49,412 nucleotides of DNA from Chromera velia (GCA_018398765.1 JAHBMJ010000391.1:1-49412), one strand, 5' to 3'; positions 1 through 13,530 are shown, counted from the first letter of the stretch. A program made the numbers and translations. Notes: a model not told the origin generated them from the letters alone.

Positions 1-223
1 GTGCCTGTTGGTCACGTTGTCAATTCTCGAAACTGTTGCTGGTCTAAAAAAATGAAAAAGACGAATATCGCGCCCTTCTCTCATGCAGTCAATGGGGTTC
101 CTGTCATGCCCTTTCATATCGTTTCAATTTGTGATGGCCTAGCTTCAAGGAGGAAAGGGCATTTCTGCCTGTCTTCTCAGGTGCTGCGGTGCATGTGGTG
201 TCTCTTCTTGTACGTGTTTGCAG

Positions 224-472
224 CTTGGAAAGGAGAAGGCCGGGCCGAACAATTTTGGGCCTGAGCCGCTGGGGTCGATGTTGAAGGGGCCCTGGGCGGA
301 GGCGGCCATCGCAGTCAGAGAGGCGGCCGCGCCCGTGAAGGAAGCATCCCTTGTTGTGTGTAAGAAGGACCCCTCCAAATGTTATGCAACCGCAAAGCCC
401 CAAATAGAGTACTATCAAAACCGCTTCGGCAAGATAAAAGGAGAAATCACCCACAAATTGGAGGTGGAGTAA
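224..472 (+). CDS. Probable terminal exon of an unknown gene entering from the left of the window
   Basis: Acceptor tgtttgcag ends at 223, followed by an open frame LGKEKAGPNNFGPEPLGS...ITHKLEVE and TAA at 470-472, with coding-like GC3 composition. No family recognised. Confidence 0.55.
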   Translation, partial: LGKEKAGPNNFGPEPLGSMLKGPWAEAAIAVREAAAPVKEASLVVCKKDPSKCYATAKPQIEYYQNRFGKIKGEITHKLEVE

Positions 473-1891
473 TTCGGGAGAAATTCAGCAATGAAGGGAC
501 GTCCGTCCCTCTGGAAAAAAAAAAAAACGAGATGAAACTTCATTCCAGCAATGCAAACAAACGAAAGATCTCTGGATCAACGGAGAGCGGCTTGCTGTTG
601 GTATGGTTTTCAAGCTTCAAAGCCTGTCAAAGCATGTTTTTTCCATGTAAACAAGTTTTAAAAACTGTCTGAAATTTTACAATACGTTTTACATGCAATT
701 TAGCATGTAATCTTTTTTCTAGATAACCAGCTAGATACCTAGCTAGATACTAGCCTGTATAAGAAGAAACTTTTTTTGTTCACCATATACATGTTTATAT
801 ACTATATATACCTTTACTATATGTTCACTCCTAGGTTCATTCAGTAAAGATTGTGTACTATAATTAATTAATTAAAGTGAATAAAGATTCATACTACTAT
901 ATAAAAAATTATTATGAGTTTTTACATTATTCTGTATATTATTTTTACTCAGGCTTTGCTTAGGCTTCGCTCAGGGCTTTGCTCGGGCTGCAGTGGTGTA
1001 ACGCTAGAGAAATCAGTTCAAACTTTGGAAGCGGTCTGAAAAAGCAACCTTTCTCAGAGGCTCTTTAAATGACAGCAAGCGTGCCAGCCGTCTCCATCAA
1101 CTCAAGTCGCTCAGAGCTATCAGCGATAATATGAGTCGGATGCGCTTTCTTGTCACAGATCGACCTATAGCTTTGCATTGATAGGATAGGATTAGGATAA
1201 GATTAATGTCTGGAGGATTGGCCTCCTGCCCCAATACCGAGCGCTCGACGTGCGGTTATCGGTCCCTGGGGAGACGGCCTGAGAGCAACCATGAGAGATA
1301 GTTTGCCTCCTTGCTCGTGGAACAACCAGTTTAGCTCGACAAATAGTATTCATCGTTCGATAGGGAAGCGAGTCTCACTTCCACACGATGCCGTTCTGAA
1401 ACCTTTTAGCCAGGAAGAAGGCAGCGCTTGCATTTGAGACGGAAGATGGTGAAAGATGAAAAAGAAGACGGGAAACACTTTTGGTAGTTCCACAAACCTG
1501 CCCGGGAAACAGACGCTAGTTTTTAAGGGTTCTTTACCGACCTGTAGTTAGACAGCATAAGCAGTCGGCGCGCATGCATGCCAATTACGAAAAACTGGTG
1601 ACGGGGTCAGACGGATGAGGTTTTTTCCCTTTTGGGGAAGTGGATCGCTGGATGGAGCCCCCGGAATCAAGCCAAGCTGGGCTACCACGCTTTTGCCCGT
1701 CTCTTCAGCCGTCTTCATCATTCTACCACCGTCTACCTCAGAACAGGCAAGGCCAGAAGGAGCTTTGGGGCGAGGCGTCGGCTTAAAAAAAAAAAAAAAG
1801 AAAAAAATAAGTGATTAGAGGAGATTTTTTTTTTTTTCTAAGAAATTTTCTTTCTTTTTTCTTTTTCTACTCAAAATAACACTTAACAACA

Positions 1892-1947
1892 TTTGTGTAA
1901 CACATGAACAACACCTGTACAACACTTGAACAACAGTTGTTTGACTG
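1892..1947. repeat. Dispersed repeat relic, copy A; inverted copy at 19035-19091
   Basis: tttgtgtaacacatgaacaacacctgtacaacacttgaacaacagttgtttgactg aligns by hand to the reverse complement of 19035-19091, with 13 substitutions and 1 gap. Confidence 0.65.
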
Positions 1948-3715
1948 AAAAAGAAAAAAAAAAGAAGAAAAAAAGTAAAGGGTTTTGGGGGATCTTTTTT
2001 TTTTTTGTTTTCTTTAGCTGATGCCTAGCTTTGGGGCGAGATATGAAGATGAAAGGGCGCAATCTAGCCTAGCCTATCAGAGTGAAGTTCTCTGGCTCTT
2101 CTTTTATTCTGATTGAGCTAGATTTCAGTAGATAGAGGACAAGGCCACGCGTTCCTTGTGAGGATGTAAGACTGCCCTGCCTTGCCGCGGGAATTCAGTG
2201 AGTGGCCATCACGGGAAAACCGTTCTTGCCTGTGTAACAGCCTGTGTTATCTTCCTTCGTGGGAGAGGACTGCCCTAGTAGTGTGTGTCCAGCTGCGTAT
2301 CGAACCTACTGAACGTTAGACAGTCATTTATGGGCCGATGGCGATGGTGAATAATAATTTTTATTCAAATTCTATCAGATTTATTCACACTTCTAAGACT
2401 TTGCGTGCGCATGATCGTGATGATCTACATGATAATAAGTCATAGGGTCAAACACTAGGTCAAACAATCATCTGAAACGCATTGATGCAGATCATACTGA
2501 ATCGAAATCATAATTAACAGCTTACAATCGTGCCCTGCCAGCGCATTTCTGTACCACGTTGTGTCGGGGCCACACTGTCGGCATGTCCCAGCTCTCCGCT
2601 AGGATCTCGATTAACATCTCAATTGATTTGACGGGAACAAGTCAAGGAGAGACGGGAAGGAGCTTCCTCTATGTGTAAAGCACGTCACATGCAAAGGCTT
2701 AAGCTGCATGTATGCAACAAAGAAGTTGATTGAAAACGGCCTGGAAGAGATTCCAGGCGGGCCACGGGGTGTGGTCTGAGCCTCAGCGATGGGGCACACC
2801 CCCCTGCCGTTTGCGGGGGCGACTTTTACAAGACAAAACGGTGACAGTGGTCAAGGGCACCACTAAATCACTTACCCCCTCAACGGTCGTTGGCTCAATT
2901 ACACTCGCAAAGCTCAGTGTACTTCCGGGGACCTTAAACTACCTGAGACTCAACGATCAGGCTTGGAAGAAAGACGTTTCCCCCGGTGCTCAACTGCCGG
3001 GGGCCGGGGACTTCAGAATTCGATGCCCCAATGATTCATTCTACCATGCACCGTACGACATGATCATGCCGACGTATTGAGTTAAATACTTAGAAGTACA
3101 GGCGGTGAGGGCTAAGCCGCGAGCTTTTGACCAGCCGAACAACCAACCAACCAACCTACCAAAAGAGCATCCGAGCAAGAAGTACTGGAAAGAGTAAAGA
3201 GGAGAAGAAGTAGAGGAATACATACAGCGGAGAATCAGTGAAGAATGAATGGGAAGAGAGAAGCTTCATTTTCGTCTCTACTCAGAAGCGCAAGGCACCC
3301 CAGATGCGCCTAGAGAGAGGGAGAGGGAGGGAAGGGGGGAGAGAAAAAGGAGTAGAATAACAATTAAGGAGAAGAAAGTCGATCCATTTTCCTACCACGC
3401 CCCCCTGAAACCCCCAATCCATTTCTGCCGACTCAGTGTCCTACTTCGGTGACACCTATTCATACTCTCTCTCAGACTGCCCCCCCTGTCAGAGCCGACA
3501 CAAAGGGAACAGAAAAAGAGAGAGAGAGGACAGTCACTCAGTCTGTTACGTCGCGTTGAGTTCTCGCACCCTCTAATGCAGTTCCCGCGCTCCCTTGATT
3601 GCCATTTGAAGTTACAAAACAAAAGCTACCCACATTCTTTTTTCATGACTTCTTTCAAAGATGGATAGAAAAGAAGAGCAGGCCCCATTCCGTCTCCGAC
3701 ACAAACCACGTCGTG

Positions 3716-4512
3716 TCACAGCCATGCCGCCGCCGCTGCTGCTGCGGGCAGGCCAACAGATGCAGACGACGCCCAGGAGACACCGAGAGGGTAGAACCCT
3801 GTTGGAGGGGCTGCAGTGGAGACGCCGCTGAGGTTCAGAGATCCCCCACCTGAAGCTGCAGCTGCTGCTGCTGAAGATGAGGACGCCGCATCGTTCTCTT
3901 TTGCTGCTGCCCTAGCCTCTTTCCTTCTCTGCTGCTCAGCTTTCTTCCTCATGGCCCTCCTCTTTTTCTTCTCTTTCTTCGCCGAGTTGTGACCCCCAGT
4001 CAGCTCAACCAATCCCCCAATCTCCTCGAGGGTCTCGGCAGACGTCTTCTGAAGGAAAGTCAACCGCCAGTTGTCTGCAAAAAAAGGGACAAACAAAGCA
4101 GGAAAATAAACAAACATGTCTGCTGCCCATCTCACACACTTCAGTGTAGCAGGATCAAGTATGAAAGCTGCAATGCACACATCACCTGTAGACACGTAGA
4201 TGCACAGCGTTTTCTTTCTTTTCCGACAAGGGAGGGAAGAAGTCGGGTCAGTCAGTCCCGTCTCATCATTGAGAGGAGCAACGGATGGATGGGCGTGGAG
4301 CTCCTCTTTCTCGTCGCTTCACAACCACAGATATGTCCTCATCCATCGAGCCGTTGACCCACACACACGCGCGTTCATTTACGCGCTTTTCTTAGAGCAA
4401 CTTCGAAGAATGGCCCTGAGTCACTCACCCATATACATCCGGGGCCTCTTGTGGAGCGAGTCGAAGTGAGAGTCACTCATGCCGTCGTTGAATCCTGCAT
4501 GAACACACAGAC

Positions 4513-4545
<33 letters not shown>

Positions 4546-5481
4546 GACAGACAGAGACAGACAGACAGACAGACAGAGACAGACAGACAGACAGAGACAG
4601 ACAGACAGGCAGAAGGCAGCCAAGCAGAGCGGGGAAAAGGCGTTCCGTTGAATCACTGAGAAAGAAGGACCTGAAAAGAAAAAGGATGGGTGCATGACCA
4701 AGACCAGGCACGACTTCAGTGGACTTACCCAAAGACAAAGAAAGAGATGACGAAAGACAAAAGGCTACAAAGGAAAGGTGCTTGATTTGATTACATCAAG
4801 CACGGCGCCGCTTCGCGATGCAAGGACGCGTATTGTTTTTCCTCTTCTCTTCTCTTCTTTACCCCAGTCGGGATCGAGCCCTTGCGGATGTTAGTTTTTT
4901 TTTTTTGCAGAGTGTTTCTTCTTGAATGCTTTCACTTTTGGATTTTTGCTTTTCTTCTCCAGACAGAGATCGGTAGTCAGATGGATAGAAAGACTCATAG
5001 GCTTTGAAAGACACTGCGTCACTGTAAGTGTGCACCGCATTTTTCTTGGCTGCCTTTCTGGTATCCTCCATGTCTGTTTGCCCCTCTGTCAGGCTGTCGG
5101 GCAGTTCAAAAACTTAACGAGCTGCACGTATCTCTTCTCTTTTGCATTCCCTTCACCGATCTCCTGCAGGTTGATTAGCTGCCTGCCTGATCGACCGACC
5201 GACAGACCGACTGACTTGATCTTATCACTGTGAGCGACAAGGGGAGGTGAGGTACAAATGCGGCCGCCTTCTGACCGTCAATTGCGCAGTCTGCATTAAA
5301 CCAAAGATCGATGAGTTGGTAGAACAATCCACACATCGACAAGCCACTCATTAATTAGGGAAAGCACGCATCCATCAGCACCAGAGAGGGAGACAAACAC
5401 ATCAGCACGTTGGTCGTTGATGGCAGAGGACCTGCCAAAGTTCCTCCGCCTTTGTTGTCCCCGTGTGTGTGTGTGTGTGTA

Positions 5482-5518
<37 letters not shown>

Positions 5519-6018
5519 GTGTGTGTGTACGTGTGTGTCTGTGTGTATGCGTCTGTCTCACCCTGAAAACGGGACGCTGCTGCTGCCACGGCTGCTGTGG
5601 GAGACGAGAAAGAGCTAAATAGAGACATTTCAGTCAGAAGAGAGAGAAAAGAACCACGAATGAGGATGGGGAGACAGCAAAAGCAAGAAGCGCCTTCCTG
5701 ACTGACCAGACACATCCAGCTCGTAGATGCTCGTGTGGCTTTGCAGCTTTGCCCCGAGTGCTGTCCACCCTTTGACGTCGATGCGCTTGTTGCCTGCAGA
5801 CACGCACAAACAGAGAGGGAAACCCAAAAAGAAATCCATTCACAAAAACAAAACCTGACCCGCGACTCAACCAAAGAAACACGAACGAAAGAAAAGCGAT
5901 TATGGCCAAGGGAAACAGAAAGACAAAAGAGGACGAAGGGAGGAACAGGGGGTAGGGCGTCTCAAGACAAAGAGTCAGTCAACACACGGACCCGCCCCCC
6001 GCTCCCAACATACAGATA

Positions 6019-6060
<42 letters not shown>

Positions 6061-6782
6061 CAGACAGACAGACAGACAGATACACATACCGAGGGAGAGA
6101 GAGGAGAGCAAAAAGAAGGCCCTAGATGCACTCACGTACTCTAGCCCACCTCTCACTTCAAGCTTCCGGAGGCAGCCCGGAAGCGCAGCAAACACGACGC
6201 CAGCAGCCTCCGATGAAAGCCCGCAGTCTGCATGCCTCCCTCGCGAGTCAAGAGAAAAGGAGACGGGAGCGAAGGAAGAACTGTGAATGAGTGACAGCCA
6301 AAAGACAAACAAACAGACGAGACCGACGAGAAAGGACATGCACGGAAGAGATAGACCGGGTGCCGAGAAAGACGATCGCTCCGGAGGGCATCCCTTCTGG
6401 TGAGACGGTCGCCCTCCTGTTGGTTGTTTGGTGCGGCGCTGAGTGAATGAAGCAAAGCGGGAAGAAGAAAGTCAAAAAGGGAAAAAAAAAGGGACTCTCC
6501 GCTGATGAGCCCCTCTTTCCCTCCCCCACACACCCCTTTCCTTCTGATTTTCCGTGGTCGGCACTGTTCTCTTTTCGCCAGACTCATTCTTTGCACGGCA
6601 GTCTCTGGACCCTCCGTCATCTGTCCGGCACCAACCGAGCAGATCACAAAAAAGGCATATTTTTACTGACATGCAAGAAGCAGCTCTTTCAGTCCCTCTC
6701 CTCCTTTCTCGTTTTTTTCCATGAAAGAGGCCAGGCCCTTCCACCCAGACATATCGATCTGGTCGTTGTCTGCACACATAAT

Positions 6783-6832
<50 letters not shown>

Positions 6833-8343
6833 GCACGAACACACACACACACGCACGCACGAACACACATACACACACACATACACACACACACACACAT
6901 GCACATACACATACACATTCACACACACAGAGAGAGAGAGAGAGAGAGACCCACACACGCGCGCGGACACACACGCACACAGAGTCAGCGCAAACTTGAT
7001 CACTCTCTCTCTCTCTCTCTGTTTCCCTGTCCAAAGAGAAAAAGCAGGGTGATGCTTTGAGACGAAGCCGAGCCAGTTTCCGGTCGCTGCCAAAAAAAAG
7101 AAAAAAAGTCCGCTGGGACCCTTCCCGACCCCCCCCTCCCTACCTCTTTCCCAACCAACAGGTCATCTGACTGACAGGAAAGAGAGAGCTTAGTCAGAGA
7201 TCCAGGAAGGCATTTCAGCAGGTGCTCCGCGTCCTGTCCCTTCAACCCACATCCTGCAGGAATTCACACAGAAAGACGAGCAGGGAGACAGGGAGGATCA
7301 CACCTGTTGACAATGATGTCACAGACGGTACTCCATTGACTTTCGATTCTCAAAACACTTTCTTTCCGGCCTTCCACCGCCCCTTTTTCCTTCCATTCGC
7401 TCTCCCCCTCCCCCCGCCCCTCCTCACCGCCAAGATCCAGTACCCTCAGGCGCGACACAGAGGCGCTCGAGGCTGCCGCAGCTTCTGGAGGGGGGGGCAC
7501 TGGTCGGACGAAGACGGACAGCGCTTCCCAGCAGGAAGGGGCGTCCCCCAAGTTCAGGTTGCCTGGCAGCCACACATAGACGCATTCATGTAAAAAGAGA
7601 GATCGACGGACAGAAACACACAGACTGCGTGGGAGGGAAAAAGGAGACACAGACATGAAACCTGGTACATAGAGAAAGATCCATACATCAAAGAAGACGA
7701 AGGGAAAAAAGAAAGAGAGCAAGAGGAAGAGAGAGAGAGAGAGAGAGAGAGAACGACAGGCAGGCAGACTGACAGACGAATTACCCGAACGTCTCCGATC
7801 GATTTGCTTCGGTCAATCCATTTTCTCTTTCAAGAAGCTCTGGAATGACGTGTTGCTTCACTTTTGCTCTTTTCTGTTCTGTCCCCCTAATCTCTCTAAG
7901 AACTAACCGCTGATAGAGAGAGTCTGCAGGTTCCGTGGAAGGCTTCTGAAGAGGGTCGTCTCGCACCAACCGAGCTTGCAGACTGCATGCACTCAACAGA
8001 AACACATGCAGAGACAGGGAGAGACACACTCACTCGCTTACTCACGCATGCATGCACGCACATACGCACGCAGCATCTCTCAATGTCTCAACCACACTTG
8101 CGTTCACAGACATCGACCCTCACACTTTTGCACGCAGTGCACTCACGGAGACACGGAGACAAATGCTCGCATGCACCCAGTCTCTCTCTGTCTCTGCGGG
8201 ATCCGTCGGGACCGTCTCTTTCCTTCCTTCCTTGCTTGTGAAGAAGAAGTCAAATTCCACCGAACATTCCAAAATCACGGACTGCCAACCGCCCCCTGCT
8301 TCTCCCTTGTCGACGCTTTCCGCTCTCACGACCCTCTCACTCA

Positions 8344-8403
<60 letters not shown>

Positions 8404-9552
8404 TGAGAGACTGACCGTCTATCAGAAGGCTGCGGAGTTCCGTCAACTTCGAGAGGGACCGCGCCAGTTGCCTCCAGTTGTACGGTTTCAGGTCCCGCCC
8501 ATTCCCTGCACCCGCACATCATATGCACAAATTAACAGGCCAAGTTCCCTTCCATTTATAAAGGAAACACGGCAGCTGCCTGGCAGGAAGAACCACCTCA
8601 ATGAGCCGTCTTCCTATGCATCCACTACCACACCGCATTCGTTTCTCTCGCACACGTGGTGACGACGCGCCCTTTCTGTTTGCTGCGACGGGAATGAATG
8701 AAACAAAGAGGCGAAGAAACAAACAAAGAGGCTCTCGTTTCTTCTCTCCTTCCCTTCCCTTCACGCGAGGAGGCAGGAACAAATGGTAAGAGAGGAGCAC
8801 GACGAGTCCAAACGGAACGAGACAGGACTCCTTCCTTTCCTGCACGTCTCCATTGGCCGAGCCCACCATTCCATCCCTCTTCTGCTGTCTGAACGGAAAC
8901 CCATTCAATGGAATAAACGGACTGACGGCTCAGCTTGAGGTCCCTCAGTTCACGGCAGTTTTCGAGGTAAGGAAACCACTCGGCGGTTCCTTCGTTCAGA
9001 CCACAGTCTGCACACACACACACACACACACACACGCACGCACGCACGCACGCACGCACACACGCACACACAGCGCAAGAGAAAGAGGGGGAGGGCGTGG
9101 GGGAGGGAAGAGACAGGAACACAAACAGAAGAAGATGGGGTAAGGGCAAAATATAGAGAAGACGATCCAGCCCGCTCGTGTGAGCTCCTTCCCTCCCTTC
9201 GTCCACGGTCCCCCAAGCAAATCCTCTCCCCTGATCTCAGTCTCTGCTGACACACTCTCCATGTTGTGACTCCATTCCATTCATTTCCTCCTTTTCCTTC
9301 CGAGATTCTGCCAGTATTGTCTTCTCCGCGTCTCGCCTTCTCGCTCATTCTGAAACTGTTTCGTTCTTCTTTTTTGCCCCATTTCGAAGCCTCCTCTGCC
9401 TCTGTGAATTTTCTTCTCCTTGCTGTCCCTTCTCCCTTCTTGTCTCTGGCTGACCATACACGTCCAGACTCCGGAGGTGAGGAAGCCGCTTCAGTCGGAA
9501 CACTTTGGTCAACACCTTCCAGCTAAAGAGCCACCGCGGGTTTCCTGCAGAC

Positions 9553-9587
<35 letters not shown>

Positions 9588-10718
9588 GAGACAGGACGGT
9601 CAATGGAGGAATCACACAGGCAGCTGTGCTTCCTTTCCTGTTCGAGGCGGCAGATACCGAGAGAACAAACAGAATAGAGACCCTGGTTCTTTCTCTCTCT
9701 CTCTCTTTCTTTCTCTCTCTCTCTCTCCTCTGTCCCCGTCATTTCCTTCTCCCTCCTCCCAGCATCCCTAACAAATCGGCCAAAGAAGAAGGAGACTGAG
9801 GGGCAGAAGGGCAGCCCGACAGAGAGCGGCTGAACCGCAAAACACTTGCAGAGTAGAGTTACAAAAGCCGAGAGACAAGGGGAAGAATGAATGAATGAAC
9901 GAAGCACGACGGAGGGGAAGGAAAGAAGATTCTGACTTGAGAGTTTCAAGGTCTGAAGGCAGAAGGGCAATGAGTCGATCATCTCAGCAGCTGTGACATC
10001 GTATGGGCCGAGGCCTGCAAAGGAAATGAATGAGGAGGGAAGTGTGTGTGCTTGGGGGGGATAAAATGAGAAAAAGCGGGAATTGAGGGAAAAGGAAAGG
10101 GGCAAATGGAAGGGTAGGAAGACGAAGCACGCAGGACATGAAGAAAGAGAGGCTGTACGGAACACGAGAAGGAGGAATGGAGAAACAAAGAAACCAATGC
10201 AGACCACCGAAAGAATGTTGTCGGCAAGCAAGGTTGGAGGCTTTGGAGACGGCAACCAAAAGAGAGGGAGCAGGAGAGGGAGGGCATCAGAAGGATCGTG
10301 TTTTTACAATGATTTGATCAGTCCATTCTCTCATGAAAGGTGGAGAAGAAAAGAAAAAACTGACTGGACAGATTCAGCTCCAGAAGGGGGCGGCTGGGAA
10401 ACAGACCCTGAAGGAAGGAAGGCAGGTCGGCAGGTCGGCATTGGACTCGACTTCTATTTGCATGTATGTATACCCACCCCGACATGCAATGCAAGGCAAA
10501 AGTGCTGTGAACATGTCCTCCTCGGAAATGGGTGGCGGCGGCAGCAACTCGCGGCAAGAGATTTTTTTTGTTCTTATACTGTACTGCTTCCCTCAGTTCC
10601 ACCCGGTCTCCTCACTCTTCCTGTCTTTCTGTCTCGCAGAAACAGAGCTGCAGACACTTCCAGCAATTCTCTGTCCTTTGACGTTGCCCGATGTCCTTCC
10701 AACAACAATGCAGACAAA

Positions 10719-10753
<35 letters not shown>

Positions 10754-11691
10754 GAGCCATGTGTTCGAGGGGGACTGACCCTTCGGGACAGGTGGAGGGT
10801 CAGCCAGACGCGACCGAAGTCTTTCTGATTCAGAAACTTCCTCAGCAGCTGCAGAACGGAAATGAAAAAGGAAACGCTCATGTCCTGGTCGCTTACAATA
10901 GGAGACACTGAAGAATACAGAGCTGACACGTAAAGAAAGGAACGGGAAAAGAGAAGAGCTGATTTGAAACCCGAGGAAAAATGAAACAAACACTTCTACA
11001 CATGAAGTTTTGGATTGGGCATTGCCAAAGAGCGCAGGGAGAGAGAAAAGGAAAAACGCCGAACAGCAGAGTTCAGGCAGATGCATCGATCCATCTACAG
11101 GAATGCATGCCAACACACGTAGGGACGCATCCTCCTCCCAGCCATAGTAAGAAATCCCCTAAAAATCACATGTATGCAGGCAGACACAAACTACACATAA
11201 TGCGAAAGGTGCGCACACAGACAGCCTACTTGCGGCACTGCAATTTGAGGAGACTCTCAGCCAGGCGACGTTCCCAACAGAAGCGAGAGACATGCAAACC
11301 AACGACAGGCTGAAATCTGGAGCAAGGCCAATGAGAACGTTTTTGTGTGGTACCCAAGCTGGCTTTGTGAGCATATTCATGCACTTGGGTCTCCTCCTTA
11401 TGACATGCAGCCATGCACACTCACCTGGGGATCCGGGTCGAGGGCCTTTGCAAAGGCTCTCTCTCTCAGAGCCACCTCGTGCTTCTCTTTCTTCTCATCG
11501 TGCTCCCCCTTCTCCTTCGGGGTTTCTGTGGTAGGCTCGTTTTTTTCGTCCTTCCTCTGGTTGTTGGCCCTTCTATCTTGCCTCTGCGGGTGATATTTTC
11601 TCTTCCCCCGTCTCCCCCCATTCCCCGCTCCCCTGGTCGCCTGAGGCGCGCTCGCTGGAGCCCCAGCAGACCCGCAAGCCCCTCCTTCCAT
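3716..11691 (-). CDS. RNI-like leucine-rich-repeat protein, at least 17 exons, ~593 aa (LRR gene 1)
   Basis: Exons: 11425-11691, 11234-11309, 10897-10907, 10780-10848, 10365-10407, 9937-10014, 9455-9544, 8927-9007, 8416-8505, 7908-7982, 7428-7562, 7176-7253, 6671-6769, 6150-6227, 5707-5793, 4429-4494, 3716-4074. Total 1782 nt, in frame, no internal stop. Repeats include [26 protein letters not shown] and [29 protein letters not shown]. Extra exons near 5375-5450 ([14 protein letters not shown]) and 4935-5022 are possible. The 5' exons are the least certain. Confidence 0.8.
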
Positions 11692-12350
11692 CAATCAACC
11701 GGAAGAAGGTCGCTTGGGAAGGACGAAAAATCGCAACAAGAAGAAGATTGGTTGTTCGCACTGCCGCCTTGTTGCAAGCGCAGAGCCCAGTACACGCAAC
11801 GCGGGACCCCTTTCCGTCACCACGAAGCGATGCAACAGACACAGACAATTTTTCTTCGGCCGACTCCTGCAGGAAAAGACGTTGGATGGTCGACTACCCC
11901 CACCAAAAACCCACACTCTAACGCAAAACAGCGCGGATGTTTTGAGATGAAGTTTTGAGCAGACTGGAAAAAGATCGATGGGCATGAAGGCGCGCCGCTG
12001 CGTCTCCTTTCGGACCCGCCGGGCCGTGGGCCCGCCCAGTCTCGCGCGCGCGCGGCGTCGCGCTCGGCACGGCCGGCTCACATGCATGCAAACTCCTTCA
12101 CATGAATCACATCTGCTTCACTATACTCCACTCTTTCAAGCTTTCTTCTGTCGAGAGTCTGCATGTCAGACAACAGAACATGCATTCTTACCGAGGCGCC
12201 ATGGATTATTGAAATATGAAGTGATGCTGAGAACGAGAATGGCTAAATCTTGGTAAGCGAAGCGTGTTTCAAGCTTCAAAAGCGTCCCAACGGGCTTGAG
12301 CCATTCCGTTTCAGACTAAAATGACTTGTCCGTCTACCTCGAGGAAAACA

Positions 12351-12734
12351 ATGCGCAGCGTCATTGCAATTTGTGCCCTGCTTGTCGCACAAGCTCTGGC
12401 AGCAGACGTACTGTGCACGTACACGCAGACGGGATGTTCGGGAACTGCGGACTGTGCCAGTAGCTATACAAACTGTGTCACTTCCACGAGCGTCAGTGTT
12501 GAGTACGCATTCGACAGCACGACCGGCAAAATCACACAGACAGCGTACGACTCGGCGAATTGTGCCGGTTCGGGGACCTCAGTTGAATACACGTACACAA
12601 AGAACACGTGCTACGACACGTCGCTGTTCTACGAAAACAGCATGAGCTGGAGGGTCGAGGACTCATGGGGCTGGAGAGCCGGGGCTCCGTGGTTGTTGTT
12701 GTCCGCCTTGTTGTTGTTCGCGTCTTCAAAGTGA
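12351..12734 (+). CDS. Small intronless Cys-rich secreted protein with probable GPI-anchor signal (127 aa)
   Basis: Signal peptide MRSVIAICALLVAQALA, a Thr/Ser/Tyr-rich mature region with 6 Cys, and a hydrophobic C-terminal tail PWLLLSALLLFASSK. An upstream in-frame ATG at 12321 is less likely. Confidence 0.8.
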   Translation: MRSVIAICALLVAQALAADVLCTYTQTGCSGTADCASSYTNCVTSTSVSVEYAFDSTTGKITQTAYDSANCAGSGTSVEYTYTKNTCYDTSLFYENSMSWRVEDSWGWRAGAPWLLLSALLLFASSK

Positions 12735-13254
12735 CGCGGATGACCAGGGGTCCTTGCAGAAGCCTGTGGGTCTTTTCCGTTCTTTTGCTGGTATGATTTC
12801 CTGCCCGTTTGAATCTTTGGAGGGAGTCTCGTTCATGTCTTGAACGGGGAAGATAGTTAAGATCAGAGGGAAAGAAAGGGCAGTCAAAACAAGGAGTTTC
12901 GCTGTTCGCAAGCTGCCTGTCGCATGGTGTCTCCAGTGCTGCAACCTAACTTAATTAGCACGGGATGGCGTGCCACCTCGTGAATTTGTGCAGATGCTCG
13001 AAAAAAGAAATTAATGCTATCGATCGATACAAAAAAATTCGAGGAGTCCAGCTATTCATTCTTTGAACATAAGTAAAAGAGCTAGTATTCGCTCCTTTCA
13101 ATTCCAAGCAGGATTTCTTCAAAAGCTGCTGGTGCTGACTACTTCTCTGGACCACTTCCTCGCCCATTCTGTCATTCGGTCCCTTTCCAACCAAGTGAGG
13201 CTGTAGCCGTTCGTGTTTACACCTATGCCGCCGAACGCATCTCCGCCCCCCTGC

Positions 13255-13445
13255 CCCTCCTTCCTCTTCCTTCCTTCCTTCCTTCCTTCCTTCCTCCCTT
13301 CCTTCCTTCCTTCCTTCCTTTCTTTCTTTCTTTCTTTCTTTTCTTTCTTTTCTTTCTTTTCTTTCTTTTCTTTCTTTTCTTTCTTTTCTTTCTTTTCTTT
13401 TTTCCTTCCTTCCTTCCTTCCTTCCTTCCCTTCTTTCTTTCTTTC

Positions 13446-13476
<31 letters not shown>

Positions 13477-13495
13477 TCTTTTCTTTTCTTTTTTC

Positions 13496-13530
<35 letters not shown>

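Noticed and set aside
2730..3400. 116-aa ORF and a possible - strand PPT/LTR edge near 3391-3408
   Set aside because: The ORF starts at a non-ATG codon, has no recognisable domain or convincing splice context, and no partner LTR was found.
10780..10907. F-box-like reading of [18 protein letters not shown]
   Set aside because: The resemblance is weak and the homologous segment in LRR gene 2 does not share it.
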